Below, in pieces: positions 51,401-59,360 of a stretch of DNA of 64,000 bases; position 1 is the stretch's first letter, and every line of letters begins with the position of its first letter. Position numbers and translations under genes: made by a program. The stretch comes from Epiperipatus broadwayi (taxonomy: Eukaryota; Animalia; Onychophora), in contig JAQFVV010000009.1 in the NCBI GenBank assembly GCA_028023455.1, forward strand, positions 2,108,001 to 2,172,000, read 5' to 3'. A model generated the notes under the pieces. It was not told the DNA's origin. It saw only the letters and a list, made by a program, of their open reading frames with translations, and did no database searches.

Positions 51401-54400
51401 TATCTCCACCATCTTTGGAACTACACATAAATGTGACACTTCAAATTAAGGATTTTTTAGTGTGTCTATTCAATGATGTATCATATGACACAAACTATAT
51501 TCAGCAATTGAACTTTTAAAACTATGATTTTCACAAGAAGTCTCAAGAGACGCAAATGATGAAGTGACATATTTAGTCTTACTAAAAAACTGAGTTATAA
51601 ACATTTTGTAATATTTCTATTTTAATGAAAAGAAAATTTAAACATATTTGCAATATTAAAAATATTTTTAAGATAATTTGAATTCTTTTTTTAAAATGTA
51701 ACATTTAATCTGTTAAAATTTAAAAAGAAAGTTAATATTGAAGTAAAAAAGTAATTTAAAATTTTCATAAATCTGACAATTTTTATTCTATTGAAAAAGA
51801 GAGACAAATTATAAAAGATAATTTATTACAAAAATCGAACAATGTATAACATGATTTTATATTTCTAGTAGTTTTGCAAATTGCAATGGAAGTTAATACA
51901 AAAAAGAAATAGAAATTGTGTTCAAAGGACTCCTATGGGCTTTATTCAGATAAATCAAAGGGCATTATGTACAAAACTGAAAAACAATTGTGTTACATAT
52001 ATCATTAAACTGTCATGTTATATCATTAGGAAATTATACACTGTGTCAATAACATTAATTAGACATGCATTAAGGAAAATAATAACTACAAGATATCAAT
52101 ACGTATATATAAACAGCAATGATTAAACAGTAAATTAAAAATAAATTGTTATTATAACAACAACAAAAAACTACTAATTGAAAATTAAGAAAGAAAATTT
52201 TACAACTTTGAGGCATTAAATAAAAATATTACAAACAAAGAATATAGCATGAAACTATGAAAATAAAACATTATTCTAACTCTTTGTTCAGTTACTTTTT
52301 CAAATCATAAGTTAGACTTTGTATTCAACTTAAAGGAAATTAAAACTTCAACATAGCATCCTAAAAATTCATTTCTCCTTTTTATTAAGATGATTTTATT
52401 TGATGTGTGAATGCCCATACAATATATTTTTTGACTTATGCAACAAAAAATAGAGACTATTTAATAATTAATGGTATTTAAGTCTTAGATGAGGCAACAT
52501 AGTTATTAGAATTTTTTTTTTTTATTTAGTAAATGCCCAATATTAAAAAATGTTCTAAATTAGTTTTAACTTAGGAATAAATTCTGTCCATATCCATTTT
52601 TATCAATCATCTCTGGAAGTAGTAAAGTAAGAATCTCTGACTTTCTATACTTATATTACTTATATATGAAGAGATGTATGTTGGTAGTAAAATAAGGAAT
52701 CATGTGAGGAACAAACATTTATATTGGAAACTTAGAAATAATTAAATAACTGAAATGGAGTTGAGCTAGCATGTTGTTAGAAGACATGACAATAAATGGA
52801 TAGTTGATGTCTTAACCTGGATCCCAAGATATTGTAAAATTCTAGAGAGAGACCACATATGAAATAGATTAGAAAGTTTTGGTAGAATATAGAGAGAACA
52901 AATTATTGATAAGAGGACCTGAATTAAACTTGGAGAGAGACTTCCATCTAGCAGAGATAGATGATGATGTGGCTGTCGAACAAAACTCAACAAGCTATCA
53001 TATAGCAGTACACTGTTGAAACAAAAACATTCAGATATTCATGAATGATAAAACATCGAATTTACATCTGATCATTGGGAAGTTGAAAGTATATCCTTCC
53101 AGTGGTATATTTTAAAATTTTTTAAATTTCAAATTAAGAATTTAATGAACTGTATGGCAATTTATTCATTCAAAAAAAAAAATAAAACTATGATAGTATT
53201 TAAGATTAATAAAATAAGTTTTGTAAATTCCCATGACAATTTCAAAAAGAACTAAACTAAACAAAAACATCACTGATTGAGTTATCCCATTATTTTTTAT
53301 TAAGTAATCTAATGTTATGGATAAAAATAACCATATGTTTAATTACTTGAGAGATCGTGTGACATTTGAACACTAAAGTGACAAGCTGAGCACAACAATT
53401 TCTTTGTACTGACCAAATAGACTTTTTTTTTCTTTAACTGTGAATAAATCCAGAAAGTTTTAGTTTATGATACCCAATTACTGTCTTGAGCCATACTGTA
53501 TAATAGTATGGTATTTTAATCTACAAATAATCTTAGAAGGTAAAAATAATAAATTCATTATATTTTGGAGGAGAATAAGAAAATAAAGATATAAAATTAA
53601 ATTTTTAAGGAAAAGAAGTGTACTTTTGCTTTATGAAACAGCTTTCTCATATTTCACATAATTTCTTTGAATGTTAGTAATAGTGTTATCACAACTTCAT
53701 CTCTGTAACTTTTGCTATTCAAACTTTTTATAAAGTCTTGAACAATAAAGCATTTCATTATTCACCCTATTCCCATGCAGTTTAGTGCAGTGATAGAGTT
53801 ATAGACTGCAGTTCAAGGTCTATGAATTGCAGCTTCAATTCTGTGACTGGTGTTCAAACTTATGAATTCCCAAATAATAAACCATTCAATTATTTTTTAA
53901 ATATGATTTTTGTTTTAAATAACATATGACATATTTGTGGAATTGAATTTAGAAGAAAGCTTAAATGAAAACTTTAAATGCATTATGAAAAAACAACTTT
54001 ATATTTATGTGTCCATCACTTGTTAAAAATTTTAAAAATCATTAATAAAATCTTATTTTTTTTTCTGTGTTTAATGCATAATTATTTATTAACACAAATA
54101 TAAAAATGTGTATTTACAATATATATATATATTCACCTGAATCTGTTGTCTTGGTATAGTGTTTAGTTACCATGCAACTATTTTGTAAGGTATTTTAGGT
54201 ACCTTCTAAGCTTACCTACCACTCTCTAGCCGAATCATGACAGCTTTCCTCATGAATAGATATGGTGGCACTACCAGCTATTCTGTGACAGCTTGCTTTA
54301 TGACTCATATGGTAACATTTCCAGATGTAATGTATCAGATTGCCTCATATCTGGTTTAGCTTCCACAGCTTCCAATTTTAATATTTCCTGGAAATATAAT

Positions 54401-55465
54401 ACATTGTTTGAACTTATCAGAAAATTATAAGTCAAATATTTACTTCTGTCGAGTACTTTAAAAATTTAATTGTGTCTTGAATATATCTCATAACATGCCG
54501 CTCTTATAGACATTAAGTTTGGCCACTCTTGGGATAATGATCAAGATATTTTCATTAATATGGAGAATATTTTTTTTATCTTATTACAATGACATGTAGG
54601 GTTTCTATACATTTATATCTGAGTTTGAGAAGAAAGTTATTGCATTTCAGTTATTAACAATAAAATATATAAAATATAGATTTTATCTTATTTGTTCTTC
54701 ATGTGTCGATAAGAAAGTGCTGATAACATCATTTATGCATATGATTTATATAATAAAACAACCCCATCTAGAAATGTGCAAACAAAGAAGCAACATTTTA
54801 TAATGAAATGAAATATATTTAAATTCAAAAATGCTGAATAGGCTTTCAGCAATTTTATATTATAATTGTGGCTAGTAGAAATCAAAACTATCTATTAAAA
54901 TTTTAAAGCAGGGTTAGGATCATGATTAATAGAAAATAAAGGAGGCATAGTTTATAGCAAATTCTAGAAACATCTTTAGCTTCTGCTTTAATAAGCATGC
55001 ATTTAAATAAGTTTTAACAAATAGTTTGATTTTTATGAATGAGTATTACTTAAATACTTATGATTGTGGCACAAAAGTGCTAAAAGTCTGTTTGGCATTT
55101 TTGAATTTTAAATAAATTTTATTATGTTTGTAATATAATGTTAAGCCTGTGGTTCAAAATACTATATACTGAATTCATTCTTAGTAAAAATAAATAAATA
55201 AATAAATGAGAGAATATAAAGTTAAGTTGTTTTCAAATATTCATTGGATTTATTAAGGATTAAAGCAAAGAAGATTTTATTAAGTATCATATAAATGTTG
55301 CAAAATAATTTACTTATAACATATTTTTAATAATGATAGTTATATTTGCATTGTAATTAAAAATGATTTTTTTTTTTTATAGCAAATTTTAAAAGAAGAT
55401 GTAAAGCCTTTAAAATACTATCCATTTGTTTATTTAATTACCTCCTTCTTCCCTCTTATTAATAG
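3409..55465 (+). CDS. Multi-exon gene (partial, 8 internal exons): cyclic AMP receptor-like 7TM GPCR (CAR/GCR1/CrlA-like), TM2-TM6
   Basis: Exons 3409-3465, 3581-3641, 8360-8447, 21990-22079, 25435-25473, 29327-29405, 41193-41240 and 55383-55465 all have AG/GT boundaries and matching phases (0-0,0-1,1-2,2-2,2-2,2-0,0-0,0-2). Spliced: RLILYLSVAAFMDSIGYLMGRPSPDGPVCELQAWWFTFFEWVVLLWVCCITINLYLNAVRLVRYDRLEWIYHSISWGIPFIISFLPFAGNHYGPAGAWCWIEPKFSYWQFGIWYGPLFAIITLLFSVYICSILSVNKKIKTWDGHYTPELDRVKQILKEDVKPLKYYPFVYLITSFFPLINR. It has five hydrophobic helices, a TM3 Cys and ECL2 Cys pair, and RLILYLS, YGPAGAWCWI and YP.VY motifs typical of CAR/GCR1-like receptors. Confidence 0.92.
3581..3641 (+). CDS. GPCR exon (ECL1/TM3 start): GRPSPDGPVCELQAWWFTFF
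   Basis: Acceptor ctttgtttttattag, donor gtaagg, 61 nt, follows a 115-nt intron. Confidence 0.93.
4900..6058. repeat. Three related ~300-bp units: two direct (~5050-5310, ~5465-5750) and one inverted (~5770-6058), making a ~600-bp palindrome
   Basis: gaaagtttgggcatttaattcctatccaatgcttacttatcaaatatccccagactagtttct (~5633-5695) pairs with agaaactagtctggggatattggatgagtaggcattgaatagggaataaatgcacactttc (~5815-5875); the same block recurs, more diverged, at ~5190-5250. Confidence 0.75.
6930..7354. mobile_element. Foldback/MITE-like element with ~140-bp diverged inverted arms
   Basis: taattataag...tcagattttcaagctctctacagctatctaatc...tgtgctgaac (~6930-7065) pairs with gttcacagca...gattgggtagctgtaggaagcttgaagatctga...cttataatta (~7220-7354). 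Confidence 0.7.
8360..8447 (+). CDS. GPCR exon (TM3/ICL2): (E)WVVLLWVCCITINLYLNAVRLVRYDRLE(W)
   Basis: Acceptor cttttgcag, donor gtaatt, 88 nt, phase 1-2. Confidence 0.93.
8651..10284 (-). repeat. 3' LTR (1634 bp)
   Basis: Direct repeat of 12663-14270; carries an extra 26-bp AAAAGAATT-type unit; about 15 substitutions counted by eye. Confidence 0.95.
10290..10303 (-). promoter_or_regulatory. Polypurine tract AAAAGGAAGGGCGG
   Basis: Purine run just upstream (minus strand) of the 3' LTR. Confidence 0.75.
10541..10725. repeat. Two-copy ~90-bp tandem repeat in the LTR element internal region
   Basis: tgccgattctcttgatcggactttgactaag...ttccgacttacgc..tggaaaacga at 10541-10635 and 10637-10725. 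Confidence 0.9.
11628..12290 (-). CDS. Orphan 220-aa ORF inside the LTR element (acidic/coiled-coil N-half, basic C-half)
   Basis: ATG-initiated, uninterrupted, element-sense, ~340 bp after the PBS; E-rich N-terminus, RRRFKTKRKRRKK basic cluster, ends KEPPDIV; no CCHC, protease, RT or integrase motif recognised. Confidence 0.65.
   Translation of the reverse strand: MEKEKEMSETQMLKMMINMMEEMRQEFRQSHQEFIAGIREIRCEIKGMRSEIIEKVEENQEGRKLDLVKESQEVEVMKDIEIEVELDSVETEKTEIEIKAEQDSAKTGENIDQEIEEKHKFKVVDSVEKFLQKFKKVKVNVRIHCRRRFKTKRKRRKKYSQIEVIRSLSRYKGFLSYEVENRKERERDKVMKYKNGTDKRGKLVYIIEFVERKKEPPDIV
12634..12660 (-). promoter_or_regulatory. Primer-binding site, degenerate tRNA-Lys(CUU) type
   Basis: Minus strand TGGCTAGACCCAACTTGGGGCTGAACC, 2 nt after the LTR CA, compared with the canonical Lys PBS TGGCGCCCAACGTGGGGC(TCGAACC). 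Confidence 0.7.
12663..14270 (-). repeat. 5' LTR (1608 bp)
   Basis: Direct repeat of 8651-10284; followed on the minus strand by AA-TGG (PBS). Confidence 0.95.
13794..13804 (-). promoter_or_regulatory. Putative LTR TATA box (GGTATAAATAG)
   Basis: Canonical TATAAA on the element sense strand; second copy at ~9807-9817. Confidence 0.5.
15150..15285 (+). mobile_element. Degenerate tRNA-derived SINE
   Basis: A-box-like tggtgtaatggtagag; 3' block ggtgttcaaa..tatgaatt.cca..aataaa.cattc shared with 53780-53890; ends in poly-T. Confidence 0.5.
17920..18500 (-). mobile_element. RTE-clade LINE reverse transcriptase remnant
   Basis: Minus-strand fragments RQVNRKKRCLEHK*NLCIAFLNLVK...KDLWQ...AVNGKL...KTGTK*DQILAST correspond to RT motifs (RQ..EKC.E..., IAF.DL.KAFD, TGVKQGC.L.PTLF); many stops. 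Confidence 0.7.
19290..19790 (+). mobile_element. Tc1/mariner-like DDE transposase remnant
   Basis: QWLTR*FKNG*RI then W...ILDFFVWIY*K, resembling WLN..FP.RWIG...WP.RSPDL.PLDFFLWGYLK. Confidence 0.45.
20210..21200 (+). mobile_element. RTE/BovB-like LINE RT remnant
   Basis: CLPKTHCNFKEFRIVIDKIFVANQMQIKC; AGMKIQYKFNDGAFNLN*LKAKART...LHVYDWAHLA (BovB-type G..I.YR.DG.LFNL.RL.AK..V...LL.ADD.AL); DYELENVNQFICL. Confidence 0.75.
21990..22079 (+). CDS. GPCR exon (TM4/ECL2): IYHSISWGIPFIISFLPFAGNHYGPAGAW(C)
   Basis: Acceptor ttttattgtttaag, donor gtaagt, 90 nt, phase 2-2. Confidence 0.93.
22249..22597. mobile_element. Old MITE with ~60-bp degenerate TIRs; related left-end fragment at ~4210-4270
   Basis: catgattccagtgtacacggtgcttttc...ctactgc pairs imperfectly with gcagcactggag...aaaaggactatgcaatcctgggtcatg. 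Confidence 0.5.
23680..24920 (-). mobile_element. Ty3/Gypsy integrase remnant
   Basis: IAHTIKCCNDCQ (Zn-binding), WERFHVSHAGPF, HGYPKIIVRDNGTSFMS, HPESNGLAEKAVQHLK, KWFQGVIIS; includes a ~110-bp internal tandem duplication (~24501-24720). Confidence 0.85.
25435..25473 (+). CDS. GPCR exon (ECL2): WIEPKFSYWQFG(I)
   Basis: Long poly-T tract plus gcag acceptor, donor gtaagt, 39 nt, completes the AWC|WI motif. Confidence 0.9.
26570..27200 (-). mobile_element. RTE-type LINE RT remnant
   Basis: ERQG*MPTLLN (cf. GVRQGC.LSP.LFN), QYADGLHL (cf. YADD), KIAHAIFNSKILYGHE. Confidence 0.55.
28405..28575 (+). mobile_element. Degenerate SINE (tRNA-like head plus caactcag..catcc..gtcagtaaattggtatc core)
   Basis: catgacatagtagttaatgc A-box-like head and a central core resembling arthropod SINE bodies; very decayed. 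Confidence 0.4.
29327..29405 (+). CDS. GPCR exon (TM5): WYGPLFAIITLLFSVYICSILSVNKK
   Basis: Acceptor tttttttttgttttag, donor gtaagt, 79 nt, phase 2-0. Confidence 0.92.
32515..32930 (+). mobile_element. hAT-Charlie (MER30/Charlie3-like) non-autonomous element, 3' end missing
   Basis: cagagatgtccaatcttttggcatctctagccaacatt...ttaggccacacat...agctgataagcaaaaaaaaaggtctgtgcat and cacaaaaaagtttcataatgttttaaataagtttatgattttgtg match, from memory, blocks of the MER30 consensus. Confidence 0.6.
33351..33417 (-). mobile_element. tRNA-like SINE head fragment
   Basis: Minus strand tggctcagtattaag...ggttctaagttcaagttct (A-box and B-box like), no cloverleaf. Confidence 0.35.
35290..35936 (+). mobile_element. 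Non-LTR retrotransposon RT, N-terminal part (5'-truncated)
   Basis: WSNTRVRLLFKGKGKDHRKLNNYRPIALMSVLYKVF, GEMQEGF, LYMVFIDIEKAYDR, VGLKQGFPMLSILF; stops and frameshifts. Confidence 0.9.
35937..38275. mobile_element. 2339-bp solo-LTR-like insertion
   Basis: Ends TGTAGTG...CATTACA; ATAC TSD at 35933-35936 and 38276-38279; no ORF of note and no internal direct repeat at the ends. Confidence 0.85.
38276..39480 (+). mobile_element. Non-LTR retrotransposon RT C-terminal part with CCHC zinc knuckle (RTE-X-like, clade uncertain)
   Basis: LSGLLFVDYVFLCA (cf. LLFADD), KYKYLG-type block, NKYDVARIVWKG, EEMGWSRF, CKLCKEGIENIRHLFIKC; continues the 35290-35936 frame. Confidence 0.9.
41193..41240 (+). CDS. 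GPCR exon (ICL3): IKTWDGHYTPELDRVK
   Basis: Acceptor atttaatttcag, weaker donor gtaaaa, 48 nt, phase 0-0 links the flanking exons. Confidence 0.85.
42862..42959. repeat. Perfect 36-bp inverted repeat with 26-bp spacer
   Basis: aatttgaagatttatttcccaaaatttgtaatttat (42862-42897) and its exact reverse complement (42924-42959). Confidence 0.95.
45853..48726. repeat. ~280-bp direct repeats (45853-46136 and 48446-48726) flanking a CpG-richer 2.3-kb segment
   Basis: gtttaaga..t.aagcaatatgataagcaaataaaatatacattaaaatattattaaaatgc...ggtgaccccattctct...aaaaatattaatttac in both copies. Confidence 0.9.
46481..46634. repeat. Perfect 77-bp tandem duplication
   Basis: 46481-46557 is identical to 46558-46634. 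Confidence 0.95.
52690..52985 (+). mobile_element. RTE LINE 3' end
   Basis: LKWS*A/HVVRRHDNKWIVDVLTWIPR...KRT*IKLGE, matching RTE KW.WAGH.ARR.DNRW...W.PR; ends in a gatgatgatg tail. Confidence 0.75.
53780..53890 (+). mobile_element. Degenerate tRNA-derived SINE, same family as 15150-15285
   Basis: tagtgcagtgatagag head; shared ggtgttcaaact.tatgaattcccaaataataaaccattc tail. Confidence 0.5.
55383..55465 (+). CDS. GPCR exon (ICL3/TM6): QILKEDVKPLKYYPFVYLITSFFPLIN(R)
   Basis: Poly-T plus atag acceptor, donor gtgagt, 83 nt. Confidence 0.92.
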
Positions 55466-56179
55466 GTGAGTTTTTATTTCACTTATATAAAATATTTATA
55501 TACATTCCAAAATCTATGGATTTAAAATAGATGAATTAATAAAATAAATAAATTATTTTACTAAACTAAATAATAATTATATTTATCGAATCATTTTTCG
55601 GACAACTATATTTTACCTAAAACATAATGAAAAATTTGCATACAAAGTATAAATAATCTTTATAAAAAAAATTTTAAGAAATCATGCCCTATGCCTATAA
55701 TGGAATAGAAATATTTAATGATTTATGAAAAAAGAGAATAAAATGAAATTGAAATTGGAATTTATTCATAACTTGAGTAAAAAAAAATTAATATTCATAG
55801 TGCATTTGTAGAGGAAGGATTTATTTACCAAGATTTCTATTAATATTATTTGTATTTATGCATTAATATAAATTAATAAAATATTAGCACTTACATAAGG
55901 TATTTCAATATAAATATGTGTAATTTATATTGAATGTTTACGAATATGCTTTATTATTATTATTATTTCTGAAAAAGAAATTGCATCTCAAAAAAGTTTG
56001 TAAATTATTGCCATATTGTATTATTGTTTATATTTGCCAATATACAAATAACTACTTTGGAAATTATTTAAAAAATTATTATATATTTTTATATTGTAAA
56101 GAAATTGTATCTTTTTAAGAAAAAAATGAAAAAAACTATCTATGCTAATTTAAATTAAATAATTGATTTAAGTAAACTA

Positions 56180-56316
56180 TTCAGTCCAAATGATTTAAAG
56201 CAGTAGACTCTAAACATAAGCGACCTCTACTGTTAAATATTTTATTTAAATAAAATCTCTTCAGTCTAAATGATTTAAAGCAATAGAGTCAAGATATAAG
56301 TGATCTCTACTTTTAA
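56180..56316. repeat. Two-copy ~80-bp-period diverged tandem repeat
   Basis: ttcagtccaaatgatttaaagcagtagactc...ctctactgttaa vs ttcagtctaaatgatttaaagcaatagagtc...ctctacttttaa. Confidence 0.7.
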
Positions 56317-59139
56317 GTCTAATTATTATATAATCAATTTAATAAGTAAAATTCGTTATCACAAAAACTGCAACGTATGAAAGAAGGAATTGAAAAAATA
56401 TTAAAATCTATATTATTATTCAAATATTTGCAAACTTTATATAACAAAGAACAAGATGGCTTCATATCCAGATGAAACTTGTTTTTTTTTTTTTTTAATA
56501 ATTGAATAATTTCTAAATATGTTCAAAATCATTTCCAGTAGGTATTTTTGACATGACCAATGCAATTTAAATGGTCATTGATTATATTAGTGCCATAATT
56601 TTCTTTCTTAGTTGAGAAGAGGCATTATACACTTACTAATGTTTAGCAAGTAGTTTACATTATTATTTAAAATGGGTATTAGAAAACAAAAAATAAATGA
56701 GAAATTATTGTCTGTAAATGAAAATGTAATATAAATATTAAAAAAAAAAAAGGATTGGAGTAACAAGTCTTTAATAAATATATATATATATATTATAAAT
56801 TTAAATAAAATGTGTTATAGAATAATTACTGTAATAAAATTAATACAAATAATGAATTATAACAGTGATGATATATTTTATAAATAATTATAATAAATCA
56901 CAACCTTTTCCAACTGAATCAGTTAGAGAAGATGAAGAAATTAATTGAAAGTACTTCTGTAATTTATTATAATTATTTATAAAATATATTATTGATATAA
57001 TTAATTATTTTTATTGTACATTGTAAATTATATTTTTATTTTTTTCTAATGCCATTAAACATATAGATCTGGTTAGTTGTAAGTTAATCCACTACTATTT
57101 TCAAAATAATATTGTAATTTTAAAGTGCTTCTATAAATTTAATTGAATCAACTGTTAAATAAATAATGGAATGGTTATTTGTTCAGGGAGTTATATGATG
57201 CTCAAGTAACAGAAATGATAGATTGAGCTTCAATCCAGGAAACTTGTAATGAATTTATGACTGGCCAAATGTTTGCAATATATATTTATTCTTTTCTAAA
57301 TCAATTATGATTTAGTTTTTTCTTTTTAATTTAATAAATATTCAACAATAATTATATTTGTTTCATATTGTTTATTTAATTATTAAAGAAATGATATTAG
57401 ATTTTGTAATAATAGTTGTAGGCAAAGTTTTATCATATATAGGAATCTATAACATTAATACTAAATTGATATTTCAGTCTGATACAACATGCTTTCCTTA
57501 GTATTTGTATTTTGTAAGCCGTGAAGAAGCTCTGCTGCACTAAAACATCAGTTATTTGTTTTACTCTTTTTATAGGATTACTATTATGAACATTGATAAA
57601 AAAATTTTTGGTCAACTTCAAAATATTTAGTGGAAAATTCAATAGATAAACATTTCTTTCAGATTTAAGTACAGATGGCACAACTAATTCAAATAGTTTT
57701 TAGCCATATACACAAAGTATCTATTTTTGAAAATATTAGAATAAATGAAGCATGTTGGAATCATTGTTTCACCTTTAACATCAGTACAATAGCAATCACA
57801 GAATAAATACAGATTCCTCTTAAGCATGGCTAAATATATTTTTATTGATTAATATTAGATGAGTAGTTGAATTGAATATAGTTAGTTATCTGGAAGAAAA
57901 AAAAAACACAGTTGCATAACTAGCTGTTTTTCATTTACTTAAAGAAAAATATTTAAACTTCTCTCTGAATTTGAACCACAAATTATGTGCATGCCAGGCA
58001 AACACATTAACATTCATACCATGAGACTTTTATATGTATATATAATAAAAATTAAATATATCATAACTGTTCATTTAATTCATTGATAATTTTTTTTAGT
58101 AACATCATGAGATGCCTACTTTAGTAAATAATATGCACCATTTCATTATGATAAACTTAAAGTGATAAACAACATAAATGATCACAGCAAGAGTTAATTA
58201 CATATGTTACTAGTTAATATAAAATTCTTTAAAAAATTACTATAGGTGAAATGCTAAGTAGAAAAAATAAGTTATATTATAAATATCATAGAGCATAAGG
58301 AAGGATGAGTCTTGTGCTATGTTCTAATATACAAATAATCGAAACAAGTCATTTAAAATTATAATCATTTTAAAAAGCTGAAGCTTATAATGTATAAGTT
58401 AGAGAATGAAGTGTCCTCTATAAAGTTCATTCTGAAATATAATAATAGACATTACCATTATAATAGATAACTTAAGAATCATAAGCTATGATAGGATTCG
58501 CAATATTGGTTTTAAAGAAATTTCTTTTGTCAGTAAATATTATATTAGCTGTTGTATATGATTTTTATTATTGGCTACTCTTTCATCAGATACAATATGC
58601 CAAATTCCTTAAACACCTCTACAATTCAAAATAGCTTGAATTATGCAAATCAAATTTTGTTTAACTTATTTAGTCAGAATATAATAATAGTCTATATTAC
58701 ATCTTTTATATTTTCAAATAAATCAAATAAAATTTATTGTATATAAATGAGAGATGTTTAAGTGACATAGCTAACTAAGGATATTTTTCTGAAATGGTAA
58801 TGTTAATTTTTTGTAATCATGGTTTACAAACAGAAGTTAGCTTTTATATAACATTAAATATCTTCTTTTATAATGAGCTTTTTAAGAAGTGTTTTTATAC
58901 TTTTAATTCATATATAAATTATAATAAAATCATCAAAAACCCTTTATTCTTATATTTTTTATTAAGATAAACTTAAAAATAGAGTCTCACCTTCAATCTG
59001 AGGAGGATAAAGAATTTTAGGTACCAAATTTGTATGAAAAAAGTATAAAAAATGGATATCCTTTAACATTTTAAAACTACTTTAATATATATTATATTTG
59101 TATTTGCACTCTTTAAATATATTTATATTGTATGGACAC

Positions 59140-59360
59140 TGCTATGTCTTAATCTTAACTTTATCTTGAGTAAGACTAGCGAGTGATTTCTCAAAGTATT
59201 CCGTTTGTCAAATAACTAAATAACCCCACTGCAGATCAATTTTATAACTAATTTTAATACAATAAAGTAATATTCTAATAGTATATACATATATAGTTGC
59301 TATGCATAGGTTATAATAATAAATCAATATACTGTACTATATAAAATCAATATCCTCACA
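59140..59360 (-). repeat. 3' LTR (221 bp) of the Gypsy element
   Basis: TG...CACA ends; matches 63811-~63972; preceded on the minus strand by PPT-like aagcaggggaa. Confidence 0.85.

Noticed and set aside
58590-58746. In-phase candidate next GPCR exon (RYNMPNSLNTSTIQ...IIIVYITSFIFS...stop)
   Set aside because: The acceptor is plausible, but the peptide lacks the expected ECL3/TM7 pattern (H..T.PL.G..NA.VF-like); the real exon is probably beyond 64000. It cannot be fully excluded as an alternative terminal exon.
392-58746. Remaining 60-90-aa ORFs rich in F/I/L/K/N/Y
   Set aside because: They have the low-complexity composition expected by chance in very AT-rich intron DNA, or are antisense to TE frames.
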